Assembly: GCF_021028975.2 (NCBI RefSeq)
Contig: NC_059428.1
Span: 101,370,001-101,434,000, forward strand
Length of the DNA stretch: 64,000 bases
Direction: 5' to 3'
From: Sphaerodactylus townsendi
Lineage: Eukaryota
Both the position numbers and the translations under genes were made by a program. Below, piece after piece: positions 37,208-49,621 of the stretch. How positions within the stretch are numbered: position 1 is the first letter of the stretch; the number at the start of each line of letters is the position of its first letter. The notes below the pieces were generated by a model. The model had not been told where the DNA came from. It made no database searches and saw only the letters and a list, made by a program, of their open reading frames with translations.

Positions 37208-38010
37208 AGGTTCCATCTGGTCCCCCCATGCTGTTCAACATTTACATGAAGCTGCTGGGCGAGGTCATCCAGCGATTTGGGCTTGGTAGTGACCAATTTG
37301 CAGACAATACTCAGAACTATCTTGCATTTCAAGTGGATTCTAGAAAGGCTGTGAACGGGTGCCTGGAAACAGTTCTGAGATGGATGAAAGCTAATAAGCT
37401 GACATTTAAGCCCAACAGAACAGAGGTGATAGTGGTTGAAGGAAGGATTGACCCAGGAACTGAGGTATTTCCTCTTCTGGATGAGGTTGTGCTCCCCCTT
37501 AAATGAGCAGATTTGTAGCCTGGGGGTGCTATTGGACATGGGCTTCCTGTTGGAACAGCAGCAGCCAAGAGTGCTTTCATCAGCTTTATAGTGAACCAGT
37601 TGCAGCTAAAAAAAGATATTGCCATAGTTGTGCATGGCCTGCCAATATCTAGATCAGACGACTGCAATATGTTCTATGCGGGGCTTCCTTGAAGAGTGGC
37701 TAAAAGCAACGATTGGTGCAGGATGCTGTGGCCAGAATTCTGGCTGGAATGAATTACATGGACCACGTCACTCCAACATTTTTCTACCTACACTGGTTCC
37801 CAAGTTCCTTTTGGACCTAATTCAAGGTTCTGATATTGACTTTTAAAGACTTACATGGCACAAGATCAGCATAAAAGACTGCATACCCCCATATTAACCT
37901 ACCTGACCACTATGGTCATCCTCAGATGCCCCGTTTCAGACCCCCCGCCACCGAACGTGGCCAGATGCTTGGCAACCAGGGAAAAGGTCTCAGTCATGAT
38001 ACCCTCCCCA
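37208..38010 (+). mobile_element. Degraded L2 LINE reverse-transcriptase fragment
   Basis: PMLFNIYMKLLGEVIQRFG...QFADNTQ.Y...WMKANKL..P.RTEV (YADD decayed to FADN). Confidence 0.85.
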
Positions 38011-38127
38011 GGAATATTTGTCTGTCCCCTCTATCATTATCTTCCATCCTGCACCTAATCTCCAAAATCTATTGGCAGAGACAGAATTATGCCAGCCATA
38101 TGAAAATCATAATTAAATTTTAAACAC

Positions 38128-38191
38128 CTCATTTCCAATGGCTTTGATCTTCTCCAATGCATCGAGAAACCACTTTTCTGCAGTCTTCCAG
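38128..38191 (-). CDS. CDC16: CDC16 exon 14 (WKTAEKWFLDALEKIKAIGNE)
   Basis: 64 nt, CAG/GTGTTT. Confidence 0.96.
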
Positions 38192-38341
38192 CTGAAAGAA
38201 AATATGCCATTAAGAAATCAATCCTTTGACAACTGGTAAGAAATCACTCATCCAATTTCAAAAGATTATCTTTTTTTCAATCTTATAAGGAGTGTCATTC
38301 AAGGGGGAAAGTCGCAGCCGACTTATGGAGACCCTATAGAT

Positions 38342-38432
38342 CACAGGTGTCAAACTTGCAGCATGATGCTGGCAGGGGATGATGGGAATTGTAGTCTATA
38401 ACATTCGGAGGGCTGTGAGTTTGACACCTCTG
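38342..38432. mobile_element. Internally deleted hAT MITE nested in a Sauria-type SINE tail
   Basis: TIR CACAGGTGTCAAAC / GTTTGACACCTCTG; TSD CTATAGAT / CTATAGGT. Confidence 0.75.
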
Positions 38433-38599
38433 CTATAGGTGTCAAGGCAAACAGGCATGAATGGATGTGTTTTGATTTTAAAATGGTTATTAAATCTGCC
38501 TGCTGTTCCAGTCTAAGAAGAGTTCTCAGAAGGTACAACAGAACAATAGGTGCCCCACAGTTTCAAAGAGACATTTCTCTTGTCACCGTTATAAAACTT

Positions 38600-39187
38600 A
38601 CACTTGCTGAACAGTTACTGTGATATAAAATGGGGTATACATCTTGGTACTATGCATAAACCAAGAGTAGTTGTCATGCCCCCACAGAAGCCTTTGTTAT
38701 TTCCCTATTAAGTCTAAGTTTCCCTATAGCTAGCATGGGTTTAGTTTTTTGTATAGTGTTCTAAGGGAGGGAATTTTAGTTAGCCCCTGTCCCTTTAAGA
38801 AATTTCCCAAGAAGCAGCCTTCCTGTTATCACCCAGTAATCCCCCTGTTCAGCTCAGTCAGTTAGTTCAAGGTTTCTAGGGAGTTGGAAGTCTGAAGTAT
38901 ACGTTACGTCCTAAGGTGTACAGAGAGCTTTAAGTTAAGGTTAACAGAGAGTAGAATCCGGATAAAAGACTCAAGGAATTTAAAGAAAGCAAAGACAAAG
39001 TGGACTTTGTTGAAAGCAGCCAAGAAAGAATAAAGTCTACAGCTTCAAGTTTGCTCCAGACAAGCAAGTACTTTATTTTAGGCAGACCCTGGGAGGAGTT
39101 AGGGTCTCCATTCTTCTAGCAATAAACCTTTTATTTGAACTGTTAAACCTGGCAAATGACTCTCCCACTCTGTCCCACCCAAGAACA
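38600..39187 (+). mobile_element. Possible old solo LTR
   Basis: LTR-like composition, AATAAA at 39121, ends ...AAGAACA; no TSD found. Confidence 0.3.
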
Positions 39188-39411
39188 GAGCACCTTCAGA
39201 TTGTTTCACTTGGGGGGCAGAACAGTAGTAACAGACAATGCAGCCTTGTTACTGTTGCGTATCTGTCATAATTCATGAAACACATGTGGACAGTATATCC
39301 TGAAATAACAATGAAACTTAAAATAATTATTTCTAAAGTTTGACTTAACTGACAAGTCACACATAGATTGCCCCGTGCCCACCAAGACAACCCATAACAA
39401 AATAAACTTAC

Positions 39412-39564
39412 TCTCCATTCTGAAACGCTACCACCCCGACTTCATGCATAACAAAAGGATCTTCAGGTGCAATGCATAATGCTTGGCTGAAAAAACGCTC
39501 TGCCAATTTCGAATTGTTGGTCAAACCATACTCCAGCCCAATATAGAGCATTGGCAAGTGGCAG
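39412..39564 (-). CDS. CDC16: CDC16 exon 13 (CHLPMLYIGLEY...FQNG)
   Basis: 153 nt, CAG/GTAAGT. Confidence 0.96.
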
Positions 39565-39763
39565 CTGCAACAAAGTACAGACAGTGAGGTGAATGCAACG
39601 CAGTTCACTTCTATAAAGCTTTTATCTATAGTGTTGAAAATTTCTCACATACTTTTCAACTTAAACAAAAAGGGATACAATAGCAAAGCCATACTACATG
39701 CAGGTTGCCAGTGCGAATAACACATATATACATATGACAATCCACAATTCCACTGCAGACAAC

Positions 39764-40028
39764 TTTGGATTTATACCTTGCTTTTCTCAACCTTTAAGGT
39801 GTCTCAAAGTGGCTTACAAACTCTTTCCCTCCCTCTCCCCACAACAGACACCGTGAAGTAGGTGGGACTGAGAAAGTTCGGAAAAACTATGACTAGCCCA
39901 AGGTCACCCAGCAGGTTTCGTATGTAGGAGCAGGAAACAAATTCAGTTCACCAGATTAGAGTCCGACGCTCATGTGGAGGAGATCTCGATCTCTATATTG
40001 GGGTCCACCGCTCTTAACCACTACACTG
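39764..40028 (-). mobile_element. Squam3-type SINE
   Basis: Reverse complement of Squam3 head, core and tail. Confidence 0.8.
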
Positions 40029-40160
40029 AGTATGGACATCTTAGGACAGATGGAGTAATATTTTATTGAAGGAAAAAAAATCAAGACTTACTATTCCTTC
40101 AATAAGAACAATCTAGCCATTTCATGCAACATTCCTGTTACCTAGTAGTCTGGGATTTAC

Positions 40161-40286
40161 CCTTTCATCAGCTGAGCTGCTGTGAAGTATGCAGCCATTG
40201 CTTGGTCGTGCTCACTTTCAACGGCAAATGAGTGCCCGTATGCTATCCACGCTGGCCCATATGTTCTCTCAAGTGTAGTGGCTTTG
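40161..40286 (-). CDS. CDC16: CDC16 exon 12 (KATTLERTYGPAWIAYGHSFAVESEHDQAMAAYFTAAQLMK)
   Basis: 126 nt, CAG/GTAAAT. Confidence 0.96.
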
Positions 40287-40585
40287 CTGAAACATGAAAA
40301 CCAGACTCATAAAACATGGTCCAATAAAACTGGTAAGGTTAATCATAATGCTTAAAGACTACATTTCAAGTACAGCTATGCCATAAGAATAATGCCCAAA
40401 TGTTATGGGCATTTGCTAAACTGTGCAAAAACCAAAACTGTGATAAAATGTGATAAAAATGTACCAGTGACCTGTATCTTCATATTATCAACACTAGTAG
40501 CAGAATGTTAAACTTTGTATATGCTTCCTGAAATGACTAGACTGCAAAATCTTAGCTGAAGGCTAAGTAAAACAGAGTAACTTAC

Positions 40586-40659
40586 CTAAGATACCTTCTG
40601 GCATGCTCATTTTTATGGCCAACCATGAGATAGTAGCATCCTACTGCAAACCAAGAGAC
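40586..40659 (-). CDS. CDC16: CDC16 exon 11 (VSWFAVGCYYLMVGHKNEHARRYL)
   Basis: 74 nt, TAG/GTAAGT. Confidence 0.96.
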
Positions 40660-41347
40660 CTAATTACCAAATAAAAATTCAGGCAATTAAGCATATAGCA
40701 AGTTATTGTTGTAACTGGTCAAGTAAGCAAAATACAATGTAATTATTTGATAAAATCATCATATCATGCCTCTTCCTGAACTCGGCTTCCAAGAAGTGCC
40801 ATATTCATTTTTATCCTGTCCTTCCTTCAAGAAACTAGGGTGGAATACAAGGTTTCTTTTCATCTGCTTATCCTCACAGCAACAAGCCTTGTGAGAATGC
40901 TTCTTCATTCTTTTTCAGCTTAAAATAAATCACCCAGTGAGTGTCATGACTGAGTATGGATTTGAAACCACATTTCCTAGTGATAGCCTGACACTTCAAC
41001 CACTAAACCACTTGGGTGTGCACATTAGGTGTGCTCAAAGTCCTGTAATATAGAATTATTGCATTGTTTATTGTATGTGTGTGTGTCATGCTGTCCGTGT
41101 TGCATTGTTTTTAAAGCCTCAGTGAGAAAGCAGTATAAATTGTTAGTACATCGTTCTTATTAAGTGCTTACTGAATACATACTGCTTTCTTTGTTACAGT
41201 GTGTTTATTTAAACATAATTCTTAGAAAAACCCAGTGAAGTACAATGCATACACTAGCTTAATTTCAAATTGACAGGAGATTTATTTTAAAGAAGTATGA
41301 ACTATGAAAAATAGTGAAAATATTTTTCCCTACCTATATTTTCAAAG

Positions 41348-41552
41348 CCCTGACCTGGATGGCCAGAATAGGCCAACCTTGTCACATCTCAGAAGCTAAG
41401 CAGGGTTGGCCCTGGTTAGTATTTGGATGGGAGACCATCAAGGAATTCCAAAGTTGCAATGCAGAGGCAGGGAATGGCAAACCACTCTCTTGCCCTGAAA
41501 AACCTATGAGGTCACCGTAAATCGGCTGTGACATCACTGCACTTCACACACA
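41348..41552 (+). mobile_element. 5S rRNA-derived SINE with Sauria/Bov-B-like tail
   Basis: 5S-like ATCTCAGAAGCTAAGCAGGGTTGGCCCTGGTTAGTATTTGGATGGGAGACC followed by AATGGCAAACCAC..TTGCCCTGAAAA tail. Confidence 0.8.
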
Positions 41553-41919
41553 TCTTCAAGAAGGTATGAAAATTAGTTTTAATTATCTTTGTTTCAAATT
41601 AATGAACAGTGTTGGCTCTTATGCAGTGCTTTCTACTCACTGGATCCAGATGTTCTTTCTGAAAGATAGGCTTCTGTTATGATATCACTTTCTTAGAACT
41701 TAATCCACAATATCTTGTTGCGTAGAAAATGGGACTTTGTTGCCCAAACACATAGTTGTGATTGTCAGTGCCACATGACTATACAAATACCATGGACAGC
41801 TAGTGTAATAATACCATGCTATGAGCAACAAAATTTGTATACTCCATTTTGTGAAATTTTAAATATTCCTGATTTTTCTCTAAAGACTGAGCATTCATTC
41901 AATGAATTATTCTATCTTA

Positions 41920-42426
41920 GGCCGTTTATGCACGGCCTCCGGTCGCCCCCACGCCGGCGAGAGTTTCGCCGGCGTGGGGGCGGGAGCCTGCTCGCACGGA
42001 AGCGTGCGAGCAGGCGAGGGGGAGGCCGGCAGAAGGCAGGCGGCTCCGCACGGAGCCGCCTGTTCCCCCTCCTCCCACTTACGTGTCTTCATTAAGCCTG
42101 CGGGGTGTCACAGCCCGCCCGCGCTGCCCTCCGACCCCTGGAGGTGGGAGGGACAGTGTGGCGGGAACTCGACGCCCGCCCGCACGGCATGGAGAAGAAT
42201 GCGTCTTCCCTGCGGCTGGTTAAGCACCGCCGCGGGAAGACGCCTCTAACAACAACCCTTTAAAGGGTTGTTGTTTAGGGCGACCTGAGGTCAGCCCTGC
42301 GGGAGGGAAGCGCATTCAGATGCGCCCGCTGCTGCGTTGCAGCAGCGGCGCCTGTGCGAACGGCGGCCTGGGGGCGGCGTTTTTACCGCCCCCAGGCCGT
42401 CGTATTTGGGCCGTGCATAAACGGCC
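41920..42426. mobile_element. CpG-rich non-autonomous DNA transposon (Harbinger-like)
   Basis: Perfect 18-bp TIR GGCCGTTTATGCACGGCC; left flank TTA, right flank TCT. Confidence 0.8.
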
Positions 42427-42510
42427 TCTGGAACATTCATAAAACTGTTACAACAGTTTGCTTGTTAGATTTACAGCAATTTTATGAGACAGAACAAAAG
42501 ATAAACTTAC

Positions 42511-42560
42511 AGGATTATTTGGGTACAAATCCACCAGTTTATGGGAAAGGTAGAAGAGTT
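42511..42560 (-). CDS. CDC16: CDC16 exon 10 (ELFYLSHKLVDLYPNNP)
   Basis: 50 nt, TAG/GTAAGT. Confidence 0.95.
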
Positions 42561-43129
42561 CTAGGAGAGACAGAGAAAAAAATATGTCAAACAATTCCTG
42601 AAGGTTTGTTTAGATAGCAAAAATTAGTTCAAAGATAGTTATATATTTGGTTTCCTGGGGGGATGAGTCACCATTACAGATTTCTTTACAGGAAGTATTG
42701 AATACTTCTGTTAAAAATCAGAAGCAAGGACTGAATTCAAATATTGGAAGCATTCACACATAGCAGTATCTTGTGTTAAATGGGATGGCAAAATGCAGAT
42801 GTATAATCAAACAAGATAAATTCCCTGTGCAGAAAGAAAACAATAATTACATTTCCAGTCTGACATTAATAATTTACATCTAAGATCCTGGAGGGCAAAA
42901 TCTTGGTGTGTGTGTATTTTAAACTGTTTCCCTCTTGTGATTCTTTATAGATCCCCAGCTTCTTCAAAAATGCATATAACATCTTATATATTCTGCTGTT
43001 GCATTTGAAAGGATTACTCCAGACTCATAGCAAAATAAAGATTAGAACAGAAAAATAACTATGGAGCCATTTTTAAAAGACAACGCTATATTTGACAAAA
43101 CGTATGAGATATTATAAACTGTTCCTTAC

Positions 43130-43209
43130 CATTTGCTTTATTCAGCTCTACTAGTGTCCCAATATGCACAGGCAAACAACTTGCATGGAAGGGATCTTTT
43201 TCCATTACT
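43130..43209 (-). CDS. CDC16: CDC16 exon 9 (VMEKDPFHASCLPVHIGTLVELNKAN)
   Basis: 80 nt, TAG/GTAAGG. Confidence 0.96.
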
Positions 43210-43396
43210 CTAAAGATAACCCCAAAATAAGACCTGATTTTATTATGACATTGTCTCAGTTACAAATATACCACATATTCTTGCCATCCAAAGAGGAATT
43301 AAAAAGGCCTTAATTTATTACATTTCTCTAGTTTGTGCTATTGCGCACGACTTCTTAGACCAGAACTATACATATAGTGACCCTATGTCTGGGAAG

Positions 43397-43585
43397 CAGG
43401 GCTGCCAATCTTCAGGTGGGGCCTGGAGATCTCCCAGAATTCCAACTTATCACCAGATGACAGAAATTAGTCCTCCTGGAGAAAATGGCTGCCTTTGAAG
43501 GTGGACTCTATGGCATTAAACCCTGCTAAGCCCCGCCCTTCCGTAAAATCCCCACAAATTTTCCAACCTGGAGTTGATATCTCTA
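43397..43585. repeat. Interspersed repeat family with AGGGTTGCCAACC-type end
   Basis: Similar pieces at 53693-53990, 54415-54540 and 54850-54900 (CCTGGAGATCTCC, GAAAATGGCTGC, GGTGGACTCTATGG). Confidence 0.55.
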
Positions 43586-43991
43586 GTGGGAGCTATTTTG
43601 AGACAAAGGAGAAGAAGCCAGGGATGAGATGGTAGGCAAAAAGAACTCTCTTGTCACCCAGACCTTTCCTCCTTTCCTTTCCACTCAGCCATAATTCCAA
43701 TAAGATGTATTTCATTAAAATTAAATTAAAAACTTCAAGTAATACCAAGGGCCAGTTTCTTAATATCTTTATATTAAGCTGTCCTATGATTATATTATAT
43801 TAAGCTGTTCTATGCCCCTTCTTATGGCAATTTCTAACTGCTAGAAACACAGCAGACGAAGTTTTACCTTTTCAGATGGTTAAGTGTTGTTAGCTTTCCA
43901 GTTTTCTCCTTACAAGTACATCCCACCTGAATCCAACTTAGCATGCAGCATAATCATATAGTATGCTATGCTTCATTTTGAACTCTCTATG

Positions 43992-44760
43992 TGTCCGGGC
44001 TTGGCCACAGCGCCCGAACTTGCCCCGCTGGGTTACGCACGGGCTGGCACCGCGGGATATGGGAAGGCTGCAGAGGAGCCTCTTGAAGGGACGGTGGAGG
44101 CCTTGTTCAAAGAGGAAGGCAAGGAAGAGAGGAGTTTTAAGCCCAGCAGGACCCGCCCGCCCACAGCTGAGGCAGAAGCAGGAGATGGGCTGGGGAAGCA
44201 GCTGGGACGAGGGAGAGAAATGAGAGGGCAGAAGGGATATAAGGAAGTGGGAAAGGGAGAGTCAAGAGCTGTCGCAGCAGCAGGGAATGTGCATGGTGGT
44301 GTGAACATACAAGGGAAAGGGACAACTCAATGGTGGGAAGGGGGGAAGAGGACCCTGGAGCCCAGATCTCCTGCCAGAATCTAGAGCACTGTTTAGGCTG
44401 GTCCCCACCCTGTGCAGTAACAGGGTGGGAGTCTTTCACACAGGCTGGAAACACCTCTCCCTGTGAGGCCACAGGGGAGACGCAAACTCCTGGAAACTCC
44501 TCTCCCTGTGAAGCAACAAGGGAGAGAGAGAGGGAGGTTGCAAACTCTCAAGTCAGCCAGGGGAAGGAGGGCAGAGAGACCTGCTAGGGTGGCGTGGGCA
44601 AGGGTTGCCACGTGCACCAGGTGTCCTGTGGGTGCAGTTGTTTCTTGGCCCCTCAGGCCAATTGGGAGAGTCACTGTCTGGGGAGACCAACCCCCCAGGT
44701 TAGGGTAGGAGGGAAGGATAAGCCGCCCAAAGGACCCGGGCGAGGAGGGGGAACACCACA
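43992..44760. mobile_element. Solo LTR (769 bp, TG...CA) with 5-bp TSD CTATG
   Basis: CTATG|TGTCCGG...CACCACA|CTATG; TATA-like GATATAAG near 44237 on +. Confidence 0.85.
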
Positions 44761-44955
44761 CTATGTAACTTCCTAATAGAATTTTATTGCTGTTTCAGTG
44801 AATTCAGTAGGCAAACATTAAAAATGTATTAATAGCATAACTGACAACCTGAAAAATGTATGTTTCATAAGTGACCCTCAAACTGAGTTCATCATTGTGA
44901 AAGCAACCTCTCGTATGTAACTTTCTTCATAACGAAAGCTGATTTCTATACTTAC

Positions 44956-45089
44956 ACAGAAGTAAGCTTGTAGCACATTTTGAAATCACAGTTATAGTAA
45001 TGTCTTTCTGCTAAAGACACTACCACATCCAGATTGTCTTGAAGGCCATCTACTGATTCAGGAATCAGTGTTTCACTTGGTTTATTATA
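44956..45089 (-). CDS. CDC16: CDC16 exon 8 (YNKPSETLIPESVDGLQDNLDVVVSLAERHYYNCDFKMCYKLTS)
   Basis: 134 nt, CAG/GTAAGT. Confidence 0.96.
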
Positions 45090-46217
45090 CTGTAAGAGAA
45101 AGAAGTTTCAACAAATTGCAGTTTAGATCTGTAAGCTCACTGTATAGCTGCAGAAGGTTCCTATATCCAGCACTAACATAGATGCAGCTTAGTAAAACAA
45201 TTCTGAAAGTCTTCACAGAAATAGTCAAGTAAAAATTCACACATAACTTAAAATGTTCCAATATCCCTAAATAAGGACACAAGACTCCGGTACACAAGTT
45301 GACTAGTGTATTAATGGCTGATCTACATTGGTTAAACATCTCTGACTAAAAGAGAGTTTGCCGTAGCTACTAGCTTTCTGGACAAGCCTACCCTGCCTCC
45401 AAACTTAGCCAGTAGTATTGCTGGCTTTCTTTATACTCACCAATATATAAAACAGTGCTGAGAGGTGGTAAGTCTCATCCCCCATGTGCCAATCAAAAAA
45501 CTAAGGGCTCAGATGATAATGCTCAACCACCAAGAGTGTTCCTTCCCTAATCCACAAGGCCACTCAAGCCAGTGATGGGCTAGTTTGGGAATAGACCCCA
45601 TCCTTAGTTGGTTCAGGGTGCATTCCATTTTCTATTTTGCTTACATACATGTTGTAAAACATGTACCTGCCAAACACATAATGCTAGTCCTCCTCAAAGC
45701 AGATTCCTTCTGTCCTAAAAGCAAGACCAATGACTGACTAGAAAGCTGCTGTGAGAATTCAAGGCAAATTCCATCTCTCTTCTCCATACCCAGAGTAAAT
45801 CCTCTACACAGATCGTATTTACATAAAATATTTAGATAAATCCAGTTTCACAATGCAGTATCATATCGTTTGAACTTGCTCAGAATTAGTTCAATTGTTT
45901 TTGCAGTAAGTTGACAACTGTTATTTTGACAACTGTTATTTCTTGTTATAGTTGTTCTGATTCCGGATTCCTTATTAAAAATACAATAAACCACACCTAG
46001 ATACACAAATTATCACTAAAAAATTAATCAAAATCAATTATAACAGCAGGAACATTAGTAATTTTATACTGACGTCCTAAACTGATAAAACATATAAAAA
46101 GTAGATCTTAGACTAAAATAGTAAATATAAATGTTTATATTAAAGTATGTAGAATTAAATCAAATTTACATCTGATGACAAGACATTATTTATAACACCA
46201 TAAGCTATATATTTTAC

Positions 46218-46312
46218 CTTTTTTAGTTTGTTTTCAAACAGAAAATGTAGCAATACTTGTTCTTCTTCTGTGCACTGTTTTCCAAGAGGTAGTGATTCAA
46301 GAAGTTCTTTTT
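46218..46312 (-). CDS. CDC16: CDC16 exon 7 (EKELLESLPLGKQCTEEEQVLLHFLFENKLKK)
   Basis: 95 nt, CAG/GTAAAA. Confidence 0.95.
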
Positions 46313-47623
46313 CTGAATGCATCAAGAACAAAAAGAATTCCAGCATGACTGCATATTCACTCCAGATTTTCTCCTTATCCATGGCAAAAAAGAGAAGCAA
46401 AACTATCCACAGACTAACACTGTAATCTTGATGGGGGGGGGGGGGGGGGGGATAAGATTTGCGGACGCTGGGGGCAGTGCCACCAAGGTGCCACTGTGCT
46501 GCCTTCATGGAGGTTTTGGGCAGCATGGAAAGGCGGGAAAGTTTAAATACCTCCAGCCTGACTTCACATGCATATATTTTGTGATAATCTCTCTTATGTC
46601 AATAAAAGTCAAATGAATGAAAATCCCTCCAGCCACCTAAACTGTCCTATAGATCAAACAAAAGTGCGATGTAAGTCTGCAGGCCCAGTGACTTGTGCTC
46701 CCAGGCTGGAACACCAGTGGAAGCCGACTAAAATCAGCTCCACCCATGGAAGGAGGATAGCATAACCAAATAACCAAATCTAATAGTATAACTAAGTCAG
46801 TCATTTTGATATAACTGTAAAACTGATCCAAAAAGTTATAATTCTAAAAATGAAACCTTCATGTAGTTTAAAAATTTAAGATGATACTTAAGATGATAAA
46901 ATATTAAGATGATAGCAAATAAGTCTTTATGTAGAAAACCATGATTTAAATCAAGTCCAACTGACTAGTGATTCAAATTGTGATTTAAACCACTTCAGAT
47001 TAAGATTAGCTGAAGTCTCCATACAACATGCTTTGTGAGAATAGAAAAAAGCGGCAGCTGCCCCTTCCCCCACCAGCTCTTATTTTCTCAAACAGCAAGA
47101 TTGAGTTCAGGTCAAATGTGAACATAACATTATGTCATATGGCTTCATTCAGATACCCTATGCAAACAGAGTTTTGTCCACAGTTGGCATGAACGTAGTT
47201 TGTTGCAATTAGACCCCCTGGTTAACTGGACTTAGATTCAAAAATTTCTGAATCAGGATGGCCAAGGAAGGAGGCAGGTGTGCAGCCCCAAGAACAAGGT
47301 GTGCTTGTGTACAGCCATTTACTTATATAGCAGAAAGGGGAGCAGCTGCAGTACGGTACAGAGTTTGCCACCTCAACAGTGCCCAATACTGCATGCTGTT
47401 AACTTTGGTTCAAAGAATTCAGTGGAAGTCAGTGAGAACTCCAACCTTTCCTTCTTTATGCGATCCTCTTAATACCTAGCCTAGCTTCTAATTCTTGCTG
47501 TATGCAAAAATTTAAAGGTGTTTAGCAATGTCCCTATTTTGTTTCTCGTCAAAGACTGAGAAAGTCTGTAAGTTAAAATTCTGTAATATTTTAAAATTTT
47601 AAAAAACACACGACCATCGATAC

Positions 47624-47783
47624 CTTCTTGTGCTGTCAGCATGTGGTGTGATGTTAAAAGGTCAAATGCTTCAAAGCAGTAAACATCAAGTTTCAGGGCC
47701 TCTTTGTAGCTGAATGTAGCCAGCGTTCGATTATCAAGAGCATCGTAGATCTTTCCCCGCAAAAGGCATATAGAACTCTTGAT
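47624..47783 (-). CDS. CDC16: CDC16 exon 6 (IKSSICLLRGKIYDALDNR...HMLTAQE)
   Basis: 160 nt, AAG/GTATCG. Confidence 0.96.
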
Positions 47784-48142
47784 CTTGTATGAAAACATTG
47801 GTCAGAGGTCAAAGACTGAATAAGGGATGGAAATCTGATTATGAGCAAAAATCAAATCTGACAAGTTAAAAAACATTTCACCCATGTTGTATGTGGCTCT
47901 CTTCCAGGACGATACACTACACTGTTCCATACGTTACAAAATTAATAGTTTAATAAGCACATATTGAGGATAGACTATAGTGGATGGATCTCATACACAC
48001 TGCATGAACAGTGACCTCGTAAATTAAAAAGACTATTTTTACTCTACTTAGCTATTAGTGTCCTTCTTAATATCTTAAAAGCCCTTCTTAAAAGTCCTGT
48101 AATTATTCTTTTTTCAAAAAATTATGCATTTTAAAAACTTAC

Positions 48143-48283
48143 TGAAGACTGTGAAACCTCCCAGTCACTAGAACAGTCTTTCAGCCCACTTTCATCCTTC
48201 AAATTTTTTTCAAACAGTCTTTTGTTGATTGGTTCTTCCATGTCGAGAATATCAAGAGCCTGCTGATACTCTTTTGCAGCGTA
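48143..48283 (-). CDS. CDC16: CDC16 exon 5 (YAAKEYQQALDILDMEEPINKRLFEK...SQSS)
   Basis: 141 nt, TAG/GTAAGT. Confidence 0.96.
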
Positions 48284-49582
48284 CTACATAGAGAAATTAA
48301 AAAATAAGAGGAAAACTTTACAATTAAATAGTCCTGTAAAGGGGATAAGCATTTTTACTAGTGTATACCCAAACAATTATGCTTTAATATATGTTCAAAG
48401 GCAGTTTTACCTTACTCTTCAATTTCTGGCTGCTTACATCCATATCTAAACTCTAGCCCAGTCCTTCTTTTTGTTCTATATGCCCAGATCCTGCAATCCA
48501 CCTACATTCACAGAGGTGTATCAGGGGAAATAGTGCCTGGGCGAAATACCTGCCCTGCGGTAGGCTGCCCCCCCACCCCCCGGCCTCTATTGGAGGCCAA
48601 CCTCTGATAGAGGTTGGGAGGCCGGCAGAAGCCGGCACCTGGCCAGAACCTGCCACAAGTCCACCAAAGTGCCCCTTGACTTGAGGGGCGCCCGATGGGC
48701 CTGCGGCAGGTTGCCACACCCTACCATCTATTGGAGGTCAGCCTCACCTGCTCCCAGACTCCGATAGAGGGGGGGGGGCATAAAAACAAGGCCTTGCCTG
48801 TGGCAGGCTACCGGCACCGGCTTCTGCCAGCCCTTCCCCCACCTGTATCGGAGGTCACGCCAGTCAGTCAGAGAGGTGCAGGGTGCATGTTGGCACGAGG
48901 CGGGGAGGTGCTGCTTGGCGCCTCCAACTTGCTTTTCTTGCCGGGGATGGTGCTGGCACGCCTCTTCCAGGAAGCTGCGTGCTGCCTCCTTGCCATCACC
49001 AGGGCCAGTGGGAGGCGGAGTGTGCTTGGCGGGGATGGCTGACATACCCTCCGAAAGGGACTGGCCTTTTCTTCACTGTCACGTGGCTCCCCACATCAGA
49101 GGGATCTCAGGGAAAAGTCGACTGTCCACTTCAGCCTCTTCCTCTTGCAGAAGGCTTCGGTTGCTCATGTGACCAGTTAGGTGGCATCCAGGACAAGGGT
49201 GACCCATGTTCCTCTGGCAAGTACACCACTGTTAGTTCAGTTCTGAACCTCTTGCTTCTGCCTTTTTTAGCTGCACCATTCTCTCATCTTTCTATTAATC
49301 CTTTGCCCTCTATACTTTGCCTATTATTATTTATAGCTAAAATAAGGCCAAAAAAAAAAAGAATAAGTTTTCAGAATCCGGAATATTTCCATGATCATTC
49401 AAGTCTAATTAAACACCTTGAGTGTTATTTGAATTAAGGAACATTTTAAACAAGAAGTTTTAAGAAGTTAAGACGTTTTAGACTATTATTTGATCAGACA
49501 TTTATCTTGTTTTGCCTTATGATTTTTTTTTTGCATAGTGAAAGTTTAATTCAGAAGAGACTGTCCACAAGTAAATACTTAC

Positions 49583-49621
49583 ATGACACCTAGCTGCAAG
49601 GTATCGACATGCTTCATACAA
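49583..49621 (-). CDS. CDC16: CDC16 exon 4 (LYEACRYLAARCH)
   Basis: 39 nt, TAG/GTAAGT. Confidence 0.95.

Noticed and set aside
41370-41450. Possible 5S rRNA gene
   Set aside because: Diverged, truncated and fused to a SINE tail
43963-44776. Several 80-140 aa ORFs
   Set aside because: All lie within the GC-rich solo LTR
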